The notes under the pieces are model-generated. The model was given only the letters and a program-made list of their open reading frames with translations. It was not told the DNA's origin and made no database searches. A stretch of DNA of 64,000 bases from assembly GCA_035687895.1 (NCBI GenBank), contig DASRUE010000106.1, forward strand, positions 8,696 to 72,695, in the 5' to 3' direction. Below are positions 59,500 through 64,000 of this stretch, in pieces. A program made the translations under genes and the position numbers. This DNA comes from Bacteroidota bacterium (GTDB lineage Bacteria; Bacteroidota; Ignavibacteria; UBA10030; UBA6906). Positions within the stretch are counted from its first letter, which is position 1, and every line of letters starts with the position of its first letter.

Positions 59500-61590
59500 A
59501 TGGTTATCCGTTGGTGCGGGGTCGCCCTCCTTCTCTTCTGTGCGTTGTCCGTTCCTTTGCACGTCGGTGTTGCAGAACGGCTTTCCCTCAAGCGCATTTT
59601 TGACAAGCCGTATATTGCGGGAAGCAGGCCCAGCATCGCTTCGCTTTCCCCCGACGGCAGACACCTCCTCTACCACTGGGACGCCGACGCAAACGGGAGG
59701 AACCGTCTCTGGACTATTGCTACCGCAGGGGGAACAACAAAGCAAGTGCTCGACTCCGCAGTCTCTTCGTGTGTCTGGTCGCCGGATGGAAAGCTGGTTG
59801 CGTACACGCAGGAAGGAGATCTGTTTATGGCAGATCCGACATTCGAGACAATCACCCGTTTGACAAGGACGCCCGCCGCCGAAAGCCAGATCACCTGGTC
59901 TCCGGCCAGCGATGCAATCGCTGTTGCTACCAACAATATTCTTGTATTTCCGACCACGCATCCCGGGGTATACCAGCTGACGCATAACACATCCCCCGAT
60001 GTTTCCTATTCCATTCTTGAGTTCTCCCCCGACGGTAAGAGAGTGTTGTTCGCTGAATACAACCAGGAGGGATTGCCGGAGTTCGTCGTACCGCGATACT
60101 CTGAGAAGCACGTCACCGCGTCGAAAACAAGGCGGGGATTCTCCAAGGTTCGACTGGGGATTGCCCCGGTGGATACTGGTTCCATCTTATGGCTGAAGAC
60201 GGATGTCGAGCGGTTCGTTCTCGGGGACGCATCATTCTCACCGGATGGGAAACGGATTCTCTTTGATCGGTTTTCCATCGATAGGAAACATCGCGCCCTG
60301 TTTGTGTTCGAAGGCGACAGCATGCGAGCCCGGCTGGTTTATACTGAATATGATTCCGCATGGATCGAGGGGGGGATTCTTGCGGCTCGCTGGGCCGCGA
60401 ACGGAGAATTCCTCCTCTTTACGTCAGAATCCGACGGATGGAACCATCTTTATGCACTCGCGAAAGATAGCACCGATCTGCGTCAGGTAACCGGAGGAAA
60501 ATGGGAGATCCAATGGTTTGCCATCCATCCGGATGGACGCTCGATATATATCACCGCCAACAAGGATGACCACGCCCAGTGGCAGCTTTATCGGTTGAAT
60601 GTCTCAAGTGGTGAGCTTGCGCGAATCACGGAGCGTGCAGGCACATACGAGTCGCCTGTGATGTCCAAGAATGGAAAAACGGTCGTTTGTTCCTATTCCG
60701 ATCTGGGAATGCCGGCAGAACTCCACGTGATCAACGGGAAAACGGATCGGAGAATCACGTACAGCATTCCCAAGGAGTTTCTTTCGGTCGAATGGGTGAT
60801 TCCGGAAATCATTCGTTTCACAGCCCGTAATGACGAAACGATTCCCGCGCTGCTCTACAAACCAAAGGCCCTTGTTCCGGGGAGGCAGTATCCTTGCGTG
60901 GTATTTGTACATGGCGCCGGGTATTTGCAGAACGTGTACCGCGGATGGAGTTACTACTACAGGGAATACATGTTCCACACCTACCTGGTGAACAAAGGAT
61001 ATGTGGTGTTTGAGATTGACTATCGAGGGAGCGCGGGACATGGACGGAAGTTCCGTACTGATGTCTATATGCACCTTGGCGGACTAGACCTGCAAGATGA
61101 ACTCGACGGGGTTGAATATCTGAAACGATTGGGATATATTGACAGCACGCGGATCGGTATGTACGGGGGAAGTTACGGTGGTTTTCTTTCGTTGATGGCG
61201 CTACTCAAATCGCCAGACACGTATGCCTGTGCCGCGGTTCTCCGCGCTGTTACCGATTGGGGAAACTACTATCACCACAATCCGTGGTATACCGCCGCCC
61301 GGCTTGGTACGCCTGAACAGAACCCCGAAGCGTACAAGAAAAGTTCTCCCATAACCTTTGCTGATAGCCTGACCAAGCCGCTGTTGATCCTGCACGGCAT
61401 GGCAGATGACAATGTCTTCTTTCAGGATGCCGTTGAGTTGGTCAAGAAGCTTCAGAAGAGTGGGAAGACGTTTGAGATGATGATGTATCCCACGGAAGCG
61501 CACTCCTTTACCGAGCCGGAGTCATGGTATGACGAGTACCGCAGGATTGATGAGTTCTTCGATTGCCATCTTCTTTCAGCAAACCGATGA
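59500..61590 (+). CDS. S9-family serine peptidase (prolyl oligopeptidase / dipeptidyl-peptidase type) with N-terminal beta-propeller
   Basis: Signal peptide, propeller-like N-terminal half, and a C-terminal alpha/beta hydrolase with nucleophile elbow GGSYGG plus ..LHGMADDNV.. and ..EAHSF.. triad residues. Confidence 0.85.
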   Translation: MVIRWCGVALLLFCALSVPLHVGVAERLSLKRIFDKPYIAGSRPSIASLSPDGRHLLYHWDADANGRNRLWTIATAGGTTKQVLDSAVSSCVWSPDGKLVAYTQEGDLFMADPTFETITRLTRTPAAESQITWSPASDAIAVATNNILVFPTTHPGVYQLTHNTSPDVSYSILEFSPDGKRVLFAEYNQEGLPEFVVPRYSEKHVTASKTRRGFSKVRLGIAPVDTGSILWLKTDVERFVLGDASFSPDGKRILFDRFSIDRKHRALFVFEGDSMRARLVYTEYDSAWIEGGILAARWAANGEFLLFTSESDGWNHLYALAKDSTDLRQVTGGKWEIQWFAIHPDGRSIYITANKDDHAQWQLYRLNVSSGELARITERAGTYESPVMSKNGKTVVCSYSDLGMPAELHVINGKTDRRITYSIPKEFLSVEWVIPEIIRFTARNDETIPALLYKPKALVPGRQYPCVVFVHGAGYLQNVYRGWSYYYREYMFHTYLVNKGYVVFEIDYRGSAGHGRKFRTDVYMHLGGLDLQDELDGVEYLKRLGYIDSTRIGMYGGSYGGFLSLMALLKSPDTYACAAVLRAVTDWGNYYHHNPWYTAARLGTPEQNPEAYKKSSPITFADSLTKPLLILHGMADDNVFFQDAVELVKKLQKSGKTFEMMMYPTEAHSFTEPESWYDEYRRIDEFFDCHLLSANR

Positions 61591-63299
61591 GTGAATACAT
61601 AGTCACCGCCAGAAAATGGCGGCCCATGAAATTTGAAGATGTGGTCGGGCAGGATCACGTTACGATCACGCTACGCAATGCGATCGCCACGAAGAGGCTT
61701 GCCCATGCATATCTCTTTGCCGGCCCGCGTGGTGTCGGCAAGACAACGACGGCACGACTTCTCGCCAAGGCCATCAATTGTTTGCATCCGGTGGAGAGCA
61801 ATCCTGACAACACATGCGACATCTGCAAGGAGATTACAGAAGGACGAAGCTTCGATGTGCTAGAGATCGACGGTGCATCGAACCGTGGTGTGGACGAGAT
61901 CCGCAATCTGCGGGAGTCCGTCCGGTATGCTCCTGCCAAGGGATCGTATAAAGTCTACATCATCGATGAAGTTCACATGTTGACGAAGGAGGCTTTCAAC
62001 GCACTGCTGAAGACGCTTGAAGAACCTCCGGTGCACATCCTCTTCATCTTTGCGACAACCGAGATCCATAAACTCCCCGCCACCATTCTTTCGCGCTGTC
62101 AGCGGTTTGACTTCCACCGGATCGCAATCGATGAGATTATCGGCAATCTGAAAGGAATAGCGAGCGAGGAGGGGCTGAGCATTGATGACGAAGCTTTCCT
62201 TCTCATTGCAAAGAAAGGGGATGGCTCACTACGCGACGCGCAGAGTATTTTCGACCAGGCTGTTTCACTTGTGGGGAAGACGATAACGCAAGAGGCAATT
62301 CTTGAGGCGCTGAACATTGTCGGGCAAGATGTATACTTCCGGGTGACCGACCTCATCAAGGCGAAGGATGCCAAAGGGGGGCTTGCGCTTGTTGAGGAGA
62401 TCATGGCGCAGGGGCACGACATCAAGGAATTCCTGAATGGACTAACGGAGCACCTTCGTAACATCCTGGTTGCCAAAACGACGGAAAGCACGTCGCTTAT
62501 CGAATCGTCCGATGTGTATCGCCAACGCTATGCCGAGGAGGCGAAGTCATTCGCGCTTGCAGACCTTCTTCGTCTGCAGCGTCTTGTAAGCGGGACGGAG
62601 GCCGCACTTCGGTGGAGTACGCAGCCCCGATTCAAGCTGGAAGCAGACATGGTCCAAATGATCACAATGCACTCAGCAGCCGAGGTGGGGGACATGGTGC
62701 AGCAGATCGAGGAGTTGAAAAAAAAACTCCTTAAAACCCCTTCGCGTGTACAAGAACCAACGGCAACTCTCCCGACCCATGTTGTAGAGACAACGCAACC
62801 TCAGGCGGTGACATTGCAGTCCGGATCATCTGCAATTCGTTCCACGCTTGCCTTCAACCGCCCTACGGGTTCAAACGGGCACAGCAACGGTGCGAGCGAT
62901 ACACTCGAGAAAAGAAACCAACCGGTTACATCTCTTTCAAAGGAAGAAGTCCGCTCCAGGTGGTTAGAATTCGTCGCGGAAGTCCGACGGCAGCGCATCT
63001 CGCTCGGATCGGTGATGGATTCTTCAGATGTGATCAACATGGAGGGATCCGTTTTAAGAATAGGCTGTGGAAACGACTTCCAGGCTTCCTCGATCAAACG
63101 GAACAAGGAACTGCTGGCGGAGGTGTTCCAGAAAATCTTTCATTCCAAGGTCCGGCTTGAAGTAGAGGTGAATCTTCGCCACGTGGCACCATCCCATTCA
63201 GGCGAAAGGAATAATCAGTCTTCTCCGCCCGTTGTTGATCAGGATGAACACCCCGTTATCAAGGCCCTCATGAGTGAATTGGGGGCGGAGCCAATGTAA
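61587..63299 (+). CDS. dnaX: DNA polymerase III subunits gamma/tau
   Basis: AAA+ clamp-loader motifs (GPRGVGKTT, Cys4 zinc module CxxC..CxxC, IIDEVHMLT, SRC). ATG at 61587 overlaps the upstream stop as ATGA; the track start 61563 is in frame. Confidence 0.9.
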   Translation: MSEYIVTARKWRPMKFEDVVGQDHVTITLRNAIATKRLAHAYLFAGPRGVGKTTTARLLAKAINCLHPVESNPDNTCDICKEITEGRSFDVLEIDGASNRGVDEIRNLRESVRYAPAKGSYKVYIIDEVHMLTKEAFNALLKTLEEPPVHILFIFATTEIHKLPATILSRCQRFDFHRIAIDEIIGNLKGIASEEGLSIDDEAFLLIAKKGDGSLRDAQSIFDQAVSLVGKTITQEAILEALNIVGQDVYFRVTDLIKAKDAKGGLALVEEIMAQGHDIKEFLNGLTEHLRNILVAKTTESTSLIESSDVYRQRYAEEAKSFALADLLRLQRLVSGTEAALRWSTQPRFKLEADMVQMITMHSAAEVGDMVQQIEELKKKLLKTPSRVQEPTATLPTHVVETTQPQAVTLQSGSSAIRSTLAFNRPTGSNGHSNGASDTLEKRNQPVTSLSKEEVRSRWLEFVAEVRRQRISLGSVMDSSDVINMEGSVLRIGCGNDFQASSIKRNKELLAEVFQKIFHSKVRLEVEVNLRHVAPSHSGERNNQSSPPVVDQDEHPVIKALMSELGAEPM

Positions 63300-63443
63300 G
63301 GGCTGGGAAGGCCTCACAGCAGGCCAGACCGTTCCTTGACTTTTGCTCCAGTTTTTCAGATTTTGGGTTGTAGAATTGTTAAGGAGGAAACCGGGAAGTT
63401 TGCTCACGAGCTGTACTCATAGGTCGGTCATGGTTCAATCCGT

Positions 63444-63470
63444 CCGGACAGCTTTACCGTCCGGCTTTTT
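63444..63470 (+). terminator. rho-independent terminator about 145 nt after dnaX, 17 nt before the next gene
   Basis: CCGGAC-agctttacc-GTCCGG hairpin followed by CTTTTT. Confidence 0.5.
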
Positions 63471-63486
63471 CGTCAAGGGGTGAAGA

Positions 63487-64000
63487 ATGAAAACGCGATG
63501 GGTGCTAGTGGTGATGCTGATCTCTGCTTCGGCGATGGGTGCAACAGGTGTTGCAAAGTATGCTGGTGAGTTCATCTCTCTTGGTGTCGGGGGGCGGGCG
63601 CTGGCCATGGGAGGTGCGTTCGTTGCCCTTGCCAACGATGTCACGGCCGGTTACTGGAACCCTGCCGGGCTCAGCCGGATCAACTATCCACAAGTCACGC
63701 TTATGCACGACGAGCAGTTCGGCAACCTCGTGAACTACGACTACGGGGCCGTGGCTGTTCCTTGGGGAGCAAACACCAGTCTCGGACTCAGCGTCATCCG
63801 CCTCGGCGTGGATGATATCCCCGATACACGCTTTGCCGGCATTGACAACAACGGCAACCCTACCACGGACCCGAACCTGTTCAGCCGCATCGACCCGAAT
63901 CTCGTCACCTACTTCAATGCCGCGGATTGGGCATTCTACTTCACCTACTCACGGAAAGAGTCGGATGAATTCTCTTACGGTGCCAATATCAAGCTGATCC
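63487..64000 (+). CDS. outer-membrane beta-barrel protein (FadL/PorV-like family), 3' partial
   Basis: Not in the ORF track because it has no stop inside the window. It translates to a signal peptide (MKTRWVLVVMLISASAMG) followed by ..YAGEFISLGVGGRALAMGGAFVALANDVTAGYWNPAGL.., the signature N-terminal strand/plug motif of FadL/PorV-like OMPs. Confidence 0.6.
   Translation, partial: MKTRWVLVVMLISASAMGATGVAKYAGEFISLGVGGRALAMGGAFVALANDVTAGYWNPAGLSRINYPQVTLMHDEQFGNLVNYDYGAVAVPWGANTSLGLSVIRLGVDDIPDTRFAGIDNNGNPTTDPNLFSRIDPNLVTYFNAADWAFYFTYSRKESDEFSYGANIKLI

Noticed and set aside
63431-63440. GGTTCAATCC, resembling a tRNA T-arm/loop, downstream of dnaX.
   Set aside because: The flanking sequence cannot form a T-stem or the rest of a cloverleaf (GGTCGG versus CCGTCC do not pair), so no tRNA is called.
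63300-63470. Possible SRP (4.5S) RNA gene next to dnaX, as in the Bacillus scr-dnaX arrangement.
   Set aside because: The conserved domain IV motifs (CAGG..GGAA-tetraloop..AGCAGC with a 5'/3' closing helix) could not be found on either strand. It is kept only as an unexplained structured spacer in the findings.

Overview
This is a gene-dense chromosomal window (about 57% GC, almost no non-coding DNA) spanning the replication-origin region of a Gram-negative-type bacterium. The DUF4159/DUF4175 and double-TM vWA families suggest the FCB group (Chlorobi/Ignavibacteria/Bacteroidetes-like); the sigma70-style promoters and PASTA-bearing FtsI are not typical of Bacteroidetes. Gene order left to right: a partial Cys/Met PLP enzyme; three tandem SurA/parvulin-type periplasmic chaperones, the first a lipoprotein fused to an OmpA-like domain; a MoxR ATPase with a vWA double-TM membrane protein; then on the minus strand gyrA-gyrB-DUF721-recF-dnaN-dnaA. 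DnaA-box-bearing AT-rich spacers lie on both sides of dnaA, and rpmH-rnpA-yidD-yidC-mnmE-mnmG-rsmG diverges from dnaA. After that come murQ and mfd, then a complete dcw cluster (mraZ to ftsZ, with GTGGGTAA x3 MraZ operator repeats). Two non-canonical genes are inserted in the dcw cluster: a PqqC/CADD-like heme-oxygenase-fold protein between ftsI and murE, and a small two-TM protein between murG and murC. Downstream are a GT39-like glycosyltransferase, a DUF4159/DUF4175 pair (the latter with a ~550-residue Q/M-rich coiled coil), an M14 carboxypeptidase, an ECF sigma factor with a zinc-finger anti-sigma factor, UspA, Lon, an S9 peptidase, dnaX, and a partial FadL/PorV-like outer-membrane protein. 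dnaX carries an A9 run with an immediate -1-frame stop, a candidate gamma/tau slippage site. No mobile elements, CRISPR arrays, rRNA or tRNA genes were seen.
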